64,000 nt of DNA from Candidatus Bathyarchaeota archaeon (GCA_963827165.1 CAWGZR010000005.1:384001-448000), one strand, 5' to 3'; positions 19,986 to 30,528 are shown, counted from the first letter of the stretch. Notes: generated from the letters alone by a model not told the origin. A program made the numbers and translations.

Positions 19986-21653
19986 TTGTCATCATTTCCA
20001 ACTCAAGCTGGCGGAGTACCTGTTCTGGTTATGAAAGAAGGCTCAAACAGGTCCCGCGGAAGAGAAGCGCAACACGGAAACATAACTGCCGCTAAAGTTG
20101 TGGCTGAAAGCGTTAGGAGCGCTTTAGGTCCCAAAGGCATGGATAAAATGTTAGTTGACAATTTTGGAGACACCACGATAACAAGTGACGGCCGCACAAT
20201 TTTGGATGAGATGGATGTCCAGCACCCGGCAGCCAAAATGCTTGTTGAAGTTGCCAAGGCACAGGACAATGAAGCAGGTGATGGAACTACATCCGCAGTG
20301 ATAATCGCGGGCGAGCTTCTTAGTAGGGCTGAAGAACTAATAGACAAAAACGTTCACCCAACAGTCATAATTGACGGCTACAGGAAGGCAGCTGAAAAAG
20401 CCCTTGAAACTCTTGAGAAAATAGCTCTGCCAGTTAACTTGAAATCACAGGATTTTCTGATAAAAGCCGCCACAACTTCCATGGGAAGCAAAATCGTTGC
20501 GGAACACAAGGATTACTTGGCGGATATAGCGGTTAAGGCAATGCTTGCAGTCGCCGAGAAACAAGGCGACGTTTACAAGGTAGATGTTGACGACGTGAAG
20601 GTTGAGAAGAAAACAGGCGAATCTCTCAGCGATACAACACTTATCAACGGCATAGTTTTAGACAAAGAAATTGTTCAATCAGGAATGCCTAAGCGAATGG
20701 AAAATGCAAAGATTGCATTGATGGATGCTTCTTTAGAGATTGAGAAAACCGAGTTAGACTCCAAAATAAATATTGAAAGCCCGGATATGATTGAAGCCTT
20801 CCTCAAAGAAGAAGAAACAATGCTAAGAGGCATGACAGACAAAATCTTGGCGTCAGGAGCAAACGTTGTAATATGCCAAAAAGGCATAGATGACATGGCG
20901 CAGCATTTCCTTTCAAGAAAAGGCATCATCGCCATTAGAAGAGCCAAGAAATCCGACATGGAAAAGTTGGCAAGAGCTACAGGTGGAAAAATAGTTTCAA
21001 GCATAAACGCTCTTTCGTCCTCAGACCTTGGCTACGCTGCTTTGGTTGAGGAGCGCAGAATCGGCGACGACAAGATGACTTTTGTTGAAGGCTGCAAGAA
21101 CCCCAAAGCAGTGACTATTTTGATCCGCGGCGCGACGCAACGCATGACCGCTGAAGCAGAACGCTCTATCCACGATGCACTTTGCGTTGTCAGAGACTTG
21201 ATTCAGGAGCCGAAAATTGTTGCTGGAGGAAGTGCACCAGAAATGGAGATGGCGGGAGTGCTTAGGAAGTATGCCGAAACGGTTTCGGGCAGAGAGCAGC
21301 TTGCAGTTAGAGTTTTCGCAGATGCCCTCGAAGCTATAACTGTAACGTTGGCTGAAAACGCGGGCTTAGACCCCATTAACATACTTGTAGAACTGAGAAC
21401 CAGACATGAAAAAGGAGAAACATGGGCTGGCATCGAGGTTCTAAGTGGAAAAGTACAGGATATGTCAAAAGCAAACATTTTCGAGCCGCTGTCAGTTAAG
21501 AAGCAGATAATCAAATCTGCGAACGAAGCAGCATGTATGATACTAAAGATTGACGACGTTATCGCTTCAGGCAAAATGAAGGGACCACCGCCAGGAGCCG
21601 CAGGCGGTATGGGAGGAATGGGCGGAGGATATCCAGGCGCTGGAGAGTATTAA
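19986..21653 (+). CDS. Thermosome subunit (group II chaperonin)
   Basis: [19 protein letters not shown] tail; start moved to TTG at 19986 behind a GGAGGT SD. Confidence 0.97.
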   Translation: MSSFPTQAGGVPVLVMKEGSNRSRGREAQHGNITAAKVVAESVRSALGPKGMDKMLVDNFGDTTITSDGRTILDEMDVQHPAAKMLVEVAKAQDNEAGDGTTSAVIIAGELLSRAEELIDKNVHPTVIIDGYRKAAEKALETLEKIALPVNLKSQDFLIKAATTSMGSKIVAEHKDYLADIAVKAMLAVAEKQGDVYKVDVDDVKVEKKTGESLSDTTLINGIVLDKEIVQSGMPKRMENAKIALMDASLEIEKTELDSKINIESPDMIEAFLKEEETMLRGMTDKILASGANVVICQKGIDDMAQHFLSRKGIIAIRRAKKSDMEKLARATGGKIVSSINALSSSDLGYAALVEERRIGDDKMTFVEGCKNPKAVTILIRGATQRMTAEAERSIHDALCVVRDLIQEPKIVAGGSAPEMEMAGVLRKYAETVSGREQLAVRVFADALEAITVTLAENAGLDPINILVELRTRHEKGETWAGIEVLSGKVQDMSKANIFEPLSVKKQIIKSANEAACMILKIDDVIASGKMKGPPPGAAGGMGGMGGGYPGAGEY

Positions 21654-21656
21654 AAA

Positions 21657-21899
21657 ACGTCAGAACAAAAAATAAATGTTGGACCACCGAAAATTACTCG
21701 CTTCGAGAAAGCAAGAATAGTTGGAGCTAGAGCTCTTCAAATCTCAATGGGAGCACCGATTTTGGTGGATGCAAGTGAAAATACTAACCCGATAGATATA
21801 GCGTTAAAAGAACTTGATGCGTCAATACTGCCGATAACTATTAGGCGGACATTGCCCGACGGAACCTTCCAAGACATACCGCTAAAATGGCTAACTTAG
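21657..21899 (+). CDS. rpoK: RNA polymerase subunit K (Rpo6), apparent ACG start
   Basis: Not in ORF track. Hand translation: (T/M)[36 protein letters not shown]...PIDIALKEL...[12 protein letters not shown]. Confidence 0.93.
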   Translation, partial: TSEQKINVGPPKITRFEKARIVGARALQISMGAPILVDASENTNPIDIALKELDASILPITIRRTLPDGTFQDIPLKWLT

Positions 21900-21901
21900 T
21901 C

Positions 21902-22390
21902 TCAACTTTTTTCTTTTAGTTTTTCAAGTTCCGTTTTTGCCTCACAAAGTGTTCTATTGATTTGTTTCCAGTGTGCTCCTTGCCAATAGGTTTGCCCGCA
22001 GTTTGGGCACTTCCAGAACTTTTCGTAGTAAGTGAATGTGGTCTTCTGCAGTTCATCCAAAAGCTGTTCTTTCGAAGTAGCCTTAAGCTTGCCATTGCAA
22101 AGGGGGCAGAAGGATTTTTCCATATCAGCCTCTAAAGTTAACTCATACCTTGCGGCTACTTCCCCCAAGCGTTCAGGTTCGGATTTGCCTTCGACAAAAA
22201 GAGCTTCGATACCCGTGACGGCGGCGTGTCTGTAAAGCTCCAAATCTCTGGTCAGTAAAACTCGTGTTTCTTTCTTTGCCAAATCAAGAAGCGCGTTGTC
22301 ATCGAGTTCAATGTTGTAGACTACGTCCTGTCCCAATATGCGTAGCCAACGTGCAAGTTTTCCCAACATACTGTCAGCTAAGAACTTCAC
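21902..22390 (-). CDS. Mut7-C RNase (PIN + Zn ribbon, DUF82)
   Basis: FLADSMLGKLARWLRILG, LLTRD, CPLCN, CPNCGQTYWQGAHW. Confidence 0.93.
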   Translation of the reverse strand: MKFLADSMLGKLARWLRILGQDVVYNIELDDNALLDLAKKETRVLLTRDLELYRHAAVTGIEALFVEGKSEPERLGEVAARYELTLEADMEKSFCPLCNGKLKATSKEQLLDELQKTTFTYYEKFWKCPNCGQTYWQGAHWKQINRTLCEAKTELEKLKEKS

Positions 22391-23733
22391 GTGTTGCCTC
22401 TCCGAACAAGAGAGCCACTGCCCGCTTTCGCCACTATTTCGCCTTCATCAAAAACTAATTGACCGTCAACGAAGGTTTTCTGAGGTTTGCCCTGCACTTC
22501 CCACCCGTCATATGGAGAAAACTTTGCTTTAGACTTGAATTTTGAGGCGTCAATCTTAAATTTGCTGCTAAAATCTACGACGGTTAGGTCGGCGCGCGTT
22601 CCGGGCTCTAATCGACCGCGGTCGCTTAAGCCAAAGATTTCTGCGGGTTTCTCTGCCAAAAACGTCATTGCTTGACTTAAAGACAATCGGTTCTTCCTTA
22701 CCGCTGTAAGAATAAGGGGCAAAGTTGTTTCTAACCCTGGAACCCCGACTTTGACATCCCAAACGTTACTCGCTAACTTCTCTTCTAAAGTGTGAGGTGC
22801 ATGGTCGGACCCCAAAGAATCAACCAATCCTGCCTCTATACCCTTCCATAAAGCTTCAACTTGGTCTATGCTGCGAAGCGGCGGCGCCATGATCAAGAGG
22901 TGCCCAAGACGTACCAAGTCAGCTGTTGACATAAGAAGGTGATTTGGAGTTACTTCGCAGGTTAATTTTCTACCTGCCTTCTTCGCCTCAGCAATGGCGT
23001 CCAAACCCGCTTTGGTCGAGACGTGACAGAAATGCAGGCGCACGCCTGTTGGCTCACTTATCTTCAGCATTCGTTCGATGGCTTTTGCTTCAACCGCTTC
23101 GGAATGAGCGCTTTGGAAAGCCGCGGCGCTGTTTTTTTTGGCTTGCTTTAGTTTGTTCTCGTTGAGTGTAAGCAGATCTTTGTCTTCAGCATGGACGGCC
23201 ACAGGCACATTCAAAGACGCAACTGAATTGAAAGCTTCCTTCAGACCTTCATCGTCGTCAACGTTTACTCCACCTACCTGGCTGCCCAAAAATAGTTTGA
23301 AACCGACCGCGCCTTCAGCAACAATACCTTGAGTTTCCTCAACCTTATGCGGGAGCTCAGAGTAGAAGCCAACGTTAACCAAGATTCTTCTTTGGGCCAA
23401 ATCCATGCGGTTTTTCAGAGTGTCAACGCTCATAGTAACTGGTTGGTTGTTAGGCATATCCAGAACGGTGGTGAAGCCTCCTGCAGCTGCGGCAGCAGTT
23501 CCCGTCTGGAAATCTTCTTTGTAAGCTTTTCCCTCGTCACGCAGATGCACATGCGCGTCAATCAAACCGGGAAGAACTAGGTGGCTTTTCACGTTGGTTT
23601 TTTCGTCGGCGCTGGGCATTTGGGTTTCTTTACCGATTTTGAAGATTTTGCCTTCTTCAATAGCTATGCTGCAATCGACGATTTCCCCGTTTAGGTAAGC
23701 TTTGACGTTTGACAGAACGAAATCCACAATCAA
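22387..23733 (-). CDS. pyrC: Dihydroorotase (amidohydrolase family)
   Basis: PGLIDAHVHLR, DMPN, CEVTPNHL, SDHAPH. Confidence 0.88.
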   Translation of the reverse strand: MIVDFVLSNVKAYLNGEIVDCSIAIEEGKIFKIGKETQMPSADEKTNVKSHLVLPGLIDAHVHLRDEGKAYKEDFQTGTAAAAAGGFTTVLDMPNNQPVTMSVDTLKNRMDLAQRRILVNVGFYSELPHKVEETQGIVAEGAVGFKLFLGSQVGGVNVDDDEGLKEAFNSVASLNVPVAVHAEDKDLLTLNENKLKQAKKNSAAAFQSAHSEAVEAKAIERMLKISEPTGVRLHFCHVSTKAGLDAIAEAKKAGRKLTCEVTPNHLLMSTADLVRLGHLLIMAPPLRSIDQVEALWKGIEAGLVDSLGSDHAPHTLEEKLASNVWDVKVGVPGLETTLPLILTAVRKNRLSLSQAMTFLAEKPAEIFGLSDRGRLEPGTRADLTVVDFSSKFKIDASKFKSKAKFSPYDGWEVQGKPQKTFVDGQLVFDEGEIVAKAGSGSLVRRGNT

Positions 23734-23993
23734 GCTGGTTCACGATTTATTGAATAGCGGATGGTTTGGTTAAAAGCTTATCTTGGTCACCCGTGGACGG
23801 TAAGAAATCGGCGGAATTTAGCAAAACCCTTAACTTTTCTCTTGTTAAGATTAATTCCAAATTGGGGGCTTGACTGTTTTTTCACGAAAGTCTGACGGAG
23901 TCTTTTCAAAACTTTTTCTTTTTGTCTTAAGGTTTGCCGTGTACTCGAAGTCTTCCGTTTTGACTATGACCGCGTTATCCTTATACGGTTTAA

Positions 23994-24076
23994 TCAGAGG
24001 CGTAGCGTGTGTCCCCAGAAAAAGGGCAAGCTCCGTTAAAAGCCTGCTACGTTACGGCGTTGATGTTCTTCATCAT
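23994..24076 (-). ncRNA. Candidate box C/D-like structured RNA
   Basis: ATGATGA (C box) ... CTGA (D box) enclosing a CGTAGC/GCTACG stem with two inner hairpins; intergenic. Confidence 0.35.
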
Positions 24077-24146
24077 GGATTAGGGTAAACCCAAACGTGA
24101 CGGCCCCGATTTTCGTTGTAAAAACAAATGGTACATTTGTCAGAAC

Positions 24147-24746
24147 TTATTTTTCTTCTTCCAGTTCAACGCGGCATTCGTCGCATATGTTTTGTCCGTT
24201 TCGTTCCTTGAGGCTTTCAGAGTAAATGTTGCAGCGATCACAATATCCTGAGAGTGGAACGTCCTCGCCTTCCTCCGTGCGGGCCTCGCCTTCGATACGG
24301 GATCTTTCCAGAATTATTTCTATTAGCTCAGGCATCACGCCTAAGACGTCCTTGCTTGTTATGATGCCGACAAGGTTGCCTTTGTAGATAACGCCGAGCC
24401 TCCTGACATCTAGCCGATTCATTCTTCGAGCTGCTTCGCTAATTGTTGCGTCAGGTTCAATGGTGACCAAGGGGGTGGTCATGATTTCCTTTGCTTTCAC
24501 ACTGTCCGGCTTAAGGTTTTTTGATAGAACCCTGATCACCAAGTCGCGTTCAGTGATTATTCCTATTGATTTTCCAGCCTTGTTGGTGATTATCACGCAG
24601 CCTAAATCGTTCTTGTCCATAGCGGCGGCAGCCAAGTTAGAAGCGGCATTCTCATCCATCGTTATAACAGGACTACTCATAATGTCGCGCACCAGCATTT
24701 TCGTTCTCAATCCGATTTCAGACATGTAAATTTTCACTTCCGACAA
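24147..24746 (-). CDS. CBS-domain pair protein with C-terminal Zn ribbon
   Basis: VRDIMSSPV, GIITERDL, GIITSKDV; CDRC...CDEC. Confidence 0.92.
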   Translation of the reverse strand: MSEVKIYMSEIGLRTKMLVRDIMSSPVITMDENAASNLAAAAMDKNDLGCVIITNKAGKSIGIITERDLVIRVLSKNLKPDSVKAKEIMTTPLVTIEPDATISEAARRMNRLDVRRLGVIYKGNLVGIITSKDVLGVMPELIEIILERSRIEGEARTEEGEDVPLSGYCDRCNIYSESLKERNGQNICDECRVELEEEK

Positions 24747-24877
24747 TTTAGGAGGCTATACTTCCAATGCAACAATAAAGAGACGCATAATTTAAGATTT
24801 GCTTAGGGCGAAACTTACGTCTGGAAGTTTTATTAGCCACTTCCACAGATAGGCATAATGCCCGATGGGAACTGTTT

Positions 24878-25765
24878 ATGCTGAAAACTAACGCTGATAA
24901 ACTCATAAAAGTGTCAGTAATGGGGGAGATAGCTAGCCCAACCATCAGATCAATCTACAACGTCTCCGCAACGGGGCAACCGCTTGTGCTGCCTGGTGTA
25001 GGCGGCATAACCTATAATCTAAGAGTTGGGGACCCAGCGTGCGGTTGGGAAGCAGACCATGTGGAACCCGGAGTCAGCGTGGAGAACAAGGAAAACGATG
25101 CCCGGTCGGGCCAAGCTGCTAACACAGCGTTCAACGTGCTGTCTTGCGTGGGAAATGAAGCCATTGCAGTTAATGGTGACGGCAAAGGCGCCAGAGGAAC
25201 AGTCACGGGAAAACACGGCGGAATCGAGCATGTGCTTGTTGATTTTCCCTCAGGCATTTTAGACAAGCTTGTTATCGGAGACAGGATCATTGTGAAAGCT
25301 TTCGGCACCGGTTTGAAACTGTTGGATTTCCCCGAAATCAAAATCTTTAACATGGATCCTGTTTTGCTCGCGGCTTGTGATCCGCAGCCGAAAGAGGACA
25401 AACTTGTAGTGCCTGTTACGCATGTTGTTCCAGCTGCAATCATGGGTTCAGGCTTGGGCGCAAACCAGGTCAACTCAGGAGACTATGACATTCAATTGTT
25501 CGATAAAGCAGTCGTTGATCAATACGGGTTGGAAACCTTAAGACTTGGCGACTTGGTAGCCATTGTTGACGCAGACCATTCATTCGGGAGAATCTACCGT
25601 CAAGGCGCAGTTTCAGTAGGCGTAGTCATTCACTCGAACTGCATCACGGCGGGGCATGGTCCTGGAGTTACAACTTTGATGACATCTCCGAGTGGAAAAA
25701 TTGTTCCTTCGGTAACTCGGGAAGCGAACGTCGCTTCGCTCTTAAAATTAAGAGCAGATATATAA
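24878..25765 (+). CDS. DUF4438 family protein
   Basis: PGVGGITYN, DHVEPGVS, GKHGGIEHV, GDYDI, GHGPGVT. Confidence 0.85.
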   Translation: MLKTNADKLIKVSVMGEIASPTIRSIYNVSATGQPLVLPGVGGITYNLRVGDPACGWEADHVEPGVSVENKENDARSGQAANTAFNVLSCVGNEAIAVNGDGKGARGTVTGKHGGIEHVLVDFPSGILDKLVIGDRIIVKAFGTGLKLLDFPEIKIFNMDPVLLAACDPQPKEDKLVVPVTHVVPAAIMGSGLGANQVNSGDYDIQLFDKAVVDQYGLETLRLGDLVAIVDADHSFGRIYRQGAVSVGVVIHSNCITAGHGPGVTTLMTSPSGKIVPSVTREANVASLLKLRADI

Positions 25766-25816
25766 GATAGTTTAAACCATAATGTGAAAAATAGAAGAGT
25801 AAGAGGTAAAAAATAA

Positions 25817-26110
25817 TTGCCATCTAAACGAAAAAGCCGAGGAAGATCAAAAGGAAGCAAAGGAAGCGGAAGCCTTGTACAATGCGCAAACTGCGGAGCA
25901 CAGGTGCCACGTGACAAGGCAAAGAGATCTACTCGCCGTGTGTCGTTTGTTGAACCTCAGTTAGCTAAGGAACTTAGGCAAAAGGGCACTTTTCTTGCTT
26001 CATGGGTAGACACAAAATACTACTGCATATCGTGCGCCGTCCACCGCGGAATAGTCAATGTACGGGCAGAAAGCGAACGTCATTCACGAGCCCCCCGAAG
26101 AAGATACTAA
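25817..26110 (+). CDS. rps26e: 30S ribosomal protein S26e
   Basis: KRKSRGR, CANCG..VPRDKA, YCISCAVH. Confidence 0.97.
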   Translation: MPSKRKSRGRSKGSKGSGSLVQCANCGAQVPRDKAKRSTRRVSFVEPQLAKELRQKGTFLASWVDTKYYCISCAVHRGIVNVRAESERHSRAPRRRY

Positions 26111-26114
26111 ATAA

Positions 26115-26741
26115 CTAAACTGCTTTTTTCTTTAATTCCTTGTAGACATACAAGGCTCTTTGTATAACGGTAAAGTTTGAAAGCACCGCCAACAAAGCTA
26201 CGCCATAACCCAACGCGGGCAACCAGAAAAACGCGATTATGCTGACGGCGGCCAAGATAAGCATGCGTTCTGCCCGTTCAGCGAGACCTATCGACTCCAT
26301 TTTTAATCCAGCAGCTTCAGCCCTTGCTCTACTGTAGCTCACCAGCAAAGAACCCGCTAAAGCCGCCAAAACCCAAATGGAACCCCAAGGCGCAGGCCAA
26401 GCATGATTGCAGAGCCCGGCGATCAATATTGCGGCAAAAACTATGGCGTCAGCGTACCTGTCGAGAACAGAGTCAAAAAAGCCGCCGAAAACGGTAACTT
26501 GCTGGAAAGTGCGAGCTATTATTCCGTCAAGCGTGTCACAAAAACCTGAAGCCAGAAGGAATGCTGTTGCCAAAAGTAAGAGCCAATAGGCGTTTTGAGC
26601 TAATCCATACGCAACGGCTGATGCGAAAGCGAGGATGAACCCAACCAAGCTTACTTTGTTGGGAGTTAAACCTATTTTATGAGCCGCTTTTGCCTCCGAA
26701 GTCAGCATTTCTTGAACTTTCTTTTTTAGTTTAGTAAGCAA
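26115..26741 (-). CDS. CDP-alcohol phosphatidyltransferase (archaetidylinositol-phosphate synthase-like)
   Basis: DTLDGIIAR...GGFFDSVLDRYAD signature; VSYSRARAE. Confidence 0.93.
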   Translation of the reverse strand: MLTKLKKKVQEMLTSEAKAAHKIGLTPNKVSLVGFILAFASAVAYGLAQNAYWLLLLATAFLLASGFCDTLDGIIARTFQQVTVFGGFFDSVLDRYADAIVFAAILIAGLCNHAWPAPWGSIWVLAALAGSLLVSYSRARAEAAGLKMESIGLAERAERMLILAAVSIIAFFWLPALGYGVALLAVLSNFTVIQRALYVYKELKKKAV

Positions 26742-27039
26742 GGAGGTACTCTCAGCCCTGAAGGGTGTTAATGCTCATTATGGATTGGCTGTAGAAAAGC
26801 CTTTCCCGTTGCTCGGGGCTAAAGTGATATACCGCTTTTTTTGTACATTAAAGTGTTCTATTCAATCACCTTTTTTGGAAAAATCAAAAATCATCAACAT
26901 CAAGAAGGTCGGCGATGAACATTTCTTTTGCCTTCTCGCCAAACCTCGCCCCGTGTATCATATCCCTTTTGGGCTTGTTTTCTGCATGGCAAGGTTAAAT
27001 AGCAGAATTCCTTAAGGTAGGAATTTGCGAGTGAAGGCA

Positions 27040-28329
27040 ATGTTAGATATCAAGCTTATCCGAGAGACCCCAGAACTGGTAAAAAACAATCTTGCGAAAC
27101 GCGGCAACCCTCAGTGCATTCAGATGCTGGAAGACTTGATTGCCCTTGACAAAGAGTGGCGGCTAAGCCTTACTAAGCTCAACGATATGCGTCACGAACG
27201 AAAACAAATAACTACAGAAATTGCGAAGCTGAAAAAAGCTGGGAAAGAAGCTGATGACGAAGTTCACCGGGCACAGGACGTTGACGTAAAAATAGGAATA
27301 ATCGAAAAACAAGTTGCCGAGCAAGAACAGAAAACCCACAGCTATCTAATGCAGCTCCCGAACCTACTCGACGAGACTGTCCCGTTTGGAAAGGACGACA
27401 AAGACAATGTGCAGGTTAAAACTTGGGGAACTATCCCGACTTTTACGTTTCCAGTAAAAAACCACATTGATTTGGCTTTGGCACTAGATCAGATTGACAT
27501 GGAGCGCGCCGGAAAAATTTCAGGAGCCAGATTCTTCTATCTTAAAAACCAAGTTGCCATGCTGGATATGGCTTTGATGAGCCTTGCAATTGAAGAGCTA
27601 TCTAAGAAAGGTTTCACAGCGATCGTCCCACCTTACTTGATGACCCGCGAAGCATATGAGGGGGTAACGGCAATGGGAGATTTCGCCGACGTGCTCTACA
27701 AAGTGGAAAATGAAGACCTCTATTTGATTGCGACCTCTGAACATCCGATGGCTGCAATGTACATGAATGAAGTTCTCAAAGAGCAGGAGATGCCCTTAAA
27801 ACTCGCGGGAATAAGCACTTGCTTTAGGAAAGAGGCTGGATCCCACGGCAGAGATACAAGAGGCATATTTCGCACTCACCAATTTAACAAAATTGAGCAG
27901 TTCGTCTTTTGCAAACCAGAAGACTCAGCCAAACTGCATGATGAACTGCTCCAAAATGCTGAGGAATTGCTTCAAAAGCTTGAGCTAGCTTACCGGGTCG
28001 TTAACGTTTGCACAGGCGATATCGGAACCGTAGCCGCCAAGAAATATGATATTGAGGCGTGGATGCCAGCGCAGAACGGGTATAGAGAAGTCGTATCCTG
28101 CAGCAACTGTACAGATTACCAAGCAAGACGCTTAGGAATCCGTTACCGCGAAAAAGAAGGCGCCGCCCCGAAGGGGTTTGTGCACACCTTGAACTCGACA
28201 GCCGTGGCTACGGGGAGAACTATTGTTGCATTGATTGAAAACAATCAGCAAGAAGACGGCACAATAAAAATACCACTCGCCCTGCGGAAGTATATGGGTA
28301 ACAGAGAGAAAATTGACAAGAAACCATAA
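27040..28329 (+). CDS. serS: Serine--tRNA ligase (bacterial-type)
   Basis: MLDIKLIR, LIATSE, CFRKEAGSHGRDTRGIFRTHQF, SCSNCTDYQARRL. Confidence 0.98.
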   Translation: MLDIKLIRETPELVKNNLAKRGNPQCIQMLEDLIALDKEWRLSLTKLNDMRHERKQITTEIAKLKKAGKEADDEVHRAQDVDVKIGIIEKQVAEQEQKTHSYLMQLPNLLDETVPFGKDDKDNVQVKTWGTIPTFTFPVKNHIDLALALDQIDMERAGKISGARFFYLKNQVAMLDMALMSLAIEELSKKGFTAIVPPYLMTREAYEGVTAMGDFADVLYKVENEDLYLIATSEHPMAAMYMNEVLKEQEMPLKLAGISTCFRKEAGSHGRDTRGIFRTHQFNKIEQFVFCKPEDSAKLHDELLQNAEELLQKLELAYRVVNVCTGDIGTVAAKKYDIEAWMPAQNGYREVVSCSNCTDYQARRLGIRYREKEGAAPKGFVHTLNSTAVATGRTIVALIENNQQEDGTIKIPLALRKYMGNREKIDKKP

Positions 28330-28379
28330 ACCTTTTAATATTTCTCTGAGAATCTTGATGCGCGTTCGGAGAAATAACT

Positions 28380-29042
28380 TTGTCTTCAAAAACGAGACAT
28401 GTAAAAGATAAGTGGCGTGGAAAGGCATGGTACATGGTAGTTGCACCATCCTTCTTTGGAAACGTTGAGTTAGGCTCCATTCCAGCCGAAGATCCAGAAA
28501 AGTTGATCGGCAGAGTTGTTGAAGCCACACTGTACGATATAACAGCCGATTTTTCACATCACTATTTGAAAATGTTCTTTCAAGTTAATGAGATAGACGC
28601 GAAAACAGCCAAGACCCTTTTCAAAGGTCATGAGTACTCGCGGGATTACCTGCGCAGCTTAGTCAGGAGAAGAACAACCAAAGTCGATTCACTGATAAAC
28701 CTGACCACAAAAGACGGATACAAGCTGAGAATCGCCGTTTCCGCGCTGACACTTTCAAGAATAAAAACCTCGCAGGAAAAGATAATCCGCAAAATGATGG
28801 ATAAAACAATCCATGAAAAAGCCGAAGCGTTGTCGCTTGACCAGTTCGTGCAGGAAATGGTTCTAGGGAAAATTGCTTCAGACATCTACAACCAAGCTAA
28901 AGAAGTTGCACCCCTTAGGCACGTCGGAATTAGGAAATCTAAACTTTTAGCGGCACCTCAAACTGTTGGAAAGCCGAAAGAAGCCAAAGCTGAGCCAGAA
29001 GCGGAAGCACCTTCTGAAGAAGTAGCAGAAGCCGAAGCGTAA
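28380..29042 (+). CDS. rps3ae: 30S ribosomal protein S3Ae
   Basis: KDKWRGKAWY..VAP, GRVVEATLYD, RDYLRSLVRR. Confidence 0.97.
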   Translation: MSSKTRHVKDKWRGKAWYMVVAPSFFGNVELGSIPAEDPEKLIGRVVEATLYDITADFSHHYLKMFFQVNEIDAKTAKTLFKGHEYSRDYLRSLVRRRTTKVDSLINLTTKDGYKLRIAVSALTLSRIKTSQEKIIRKMMDKTIHEKAEALSLDQFVQEMVLGKIASDIYNQAKEVAPLRHVGIRKSKLLAAPQTVGKPKEAKAEPEAEAPSEEVAEAEA

Positions 29043-29133
29043 CAACCCCTTATTTTCAAAGCCCTTCTTTAGGGCAAAATACTTTAGAAACGTTAATCTA
29101 GAAACTTTCAAACGAACAGCAGGAAGCATTGTA

Positions 29134-29592
29134 TTGTCGGCAAACTCTGGGGTCCATGAGAAAGGAAGTTTCACCGTCCAAGACGCTATCGACAATATTC
29201 GAAGGGACCCTGACTTTCCAAAAGCAGGCGCGATAGGGTTGTTCATCGGGGTAGTTCGGGCTGACACCCTCGAAGGACAAAAGGTCGAGAAACTTCAGAT
29301 AGAATCTTACGAGGAAAAAGCCGACCAAGTCCTCGGCAAAATATGCGAAGACTTGACCAAAAAACCTGGAATAGTTAATGTTCAAATTCACCATTTACTG
29401 GGTGAATTCAAAGTTGGGGACGATTTAGTTTACGTTGCAGTGGCAGGTTCCCATCGATCGGAAGTGTTCACTGTTCTCCGAGAAGCCGTTGAAAGATACA
29501 AAAGTGAAGCACCAATCTTCAAAAAAGAGCGGGTAATCACAGAAAAAGGCGCGACTGATGAATACTGGGTGTCGGAAAAACACAGTCATTAA
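29134..29592 (+). CDS. moaE: Molybdopterin synthase catalytic subunit
   Basis: GAIGLFIGVVR, AGSHR, KSEAPIFKKE. Confidence 0.93.
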   Translation: MSANSGVHEKGSFTVQDAIDNIRRDPDFPKAGAIGLFIGVVRADTLEGQKVEKLQIESYEEKADQVLGKICEDLTKKPGIVNVQIHHLLGEFKVGDDLVYVAVAGSHRSEVFTVLREAVERYKSEAPIFKKERVITEKGATDEYWVSEKHSH

Positions 29593-29610
29593 CTAACGTT
29601 GTGAACGCTT

Positions 29611-30528
29611 ATGATTACAGCTTTAGCCGGCGGGGTTGGAGCAGCAAGGTTTCTTACTGGTTTAACCAAGGTTGTTGGTGAAGAAGATTTGTCGGTGATT
29701 GTGAACACTGGCGACGACATGGAAATGTTCGGTTTGCACATTTCGCCAGACATTGACATCGTCTCCTACACATTAGCGGGCGTTGTTGACGAGGAGAAAG
29801 GCTGGGGGTTTAGAGGCGACACTTTCCAATGCCTCGAATCGCTCAGAAAAATGGGTTTAGAAACATGGTTTGGCATAGGCGACAAGGATTTTGCCACTCA
29901 CATTTACAGAACAGATTTGCTGCGGAAAGGTTTCACTCTTTCGAAGGTTACTGAAGAAATTAGCCGACACCTAGGATTAAAAGCGAATATCGTGCCAATG
30001 ACAAATGACAAGTTTGAAACTTGGATAAGAATCGAGGAAGGGCTGATTCATTTCGAAGAGTACTTTGTCAAGAGACAAGCCAAAGACCAGGTCTTAGGAG
30101 TCGAGTTTGTTGGCTCGGCAAAAGCCAAAACTTCGCGGCAGACGGTCGACTCAATCATGAACGCTGAGATGATAGTGATTTGCCCCAGCAACCCAATAGT
30201 TAGCATAGGCAGCATACTTTCGGTTGAAGGTATTCGAGATGCATTGAGGAAGACAAACGCCAAAATCGTCGGGATAAGCCCTATAGTTGACGGCGCCCCC
30301 ATCAAGGGTCCAGCTGATAAACTTATGCGGGCTTTAGGCTTTGAGGTTTCAGCGTTTTCCGTTGCGAAACTTTACGCGGACTTTGTTGATGCATTTGTAA
30401 TTGACACCCGGGACGTCGATGAAAAGCAAAGGATTGAAAAGTTGGGAATCAACGTTACGGTTACAAATACTTTGATGACGTGTCTGGAAGACAAAGTTAG
30501 GCTGGCTAAGTCCGTTCTGGAAAGCTAG
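29611..30528 (+). CDS. cofD: 2-phospho-L-lactate transferase (F420 biosynthesis)
   Basis: LAGGVGAARF, VNTGDD, ISPDID, PSNPIVSIG, GPADKLM. Confidence 0.96.
   Translation: MITALAGGVGAARFLTGLTKVVGEEDLSVIVNTGDDMEMFGLHISPDIDIVSYTLAGVVDEEKGWGFRGDTFQCLESLRKMGLETWFGIGDKDFATHIYRTDLLRKGFTLSKVTEEISRHLGLKANIVPMTNDKFETWIRIEEGLIHFEEYFVKRQAKDQVLGVEFVGSAKAKTSRQTVDSIMNAEMIVICPSNPIVSIGSILSVEGIRDALRKTNAKIVGISPIVDGAPIKGPADKLMRALGFEVSAFSVAKLYADFVDAFVIDTRDVDEKQRIEKLGINVTVTNTLMTCLEDKVRLAKSVLES

Noticed and set aside
21651-21653. Stop-codon reassignment (Pyl/Sec or alternative code) explaining the in-frame genes
   Set aside because: The two junctions use different stops, and TAA, TAG and TGA all end conserved genes normally elsewhere; the thermosome ends in a normal GGM tail.
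26750-27015. ORF 26785..27015 and a minus-strand ATAATGA...CTGA K-turn-like leader
   Set aside because: The ORF has no recognisable features; the box pair is degenerate and too short to support.
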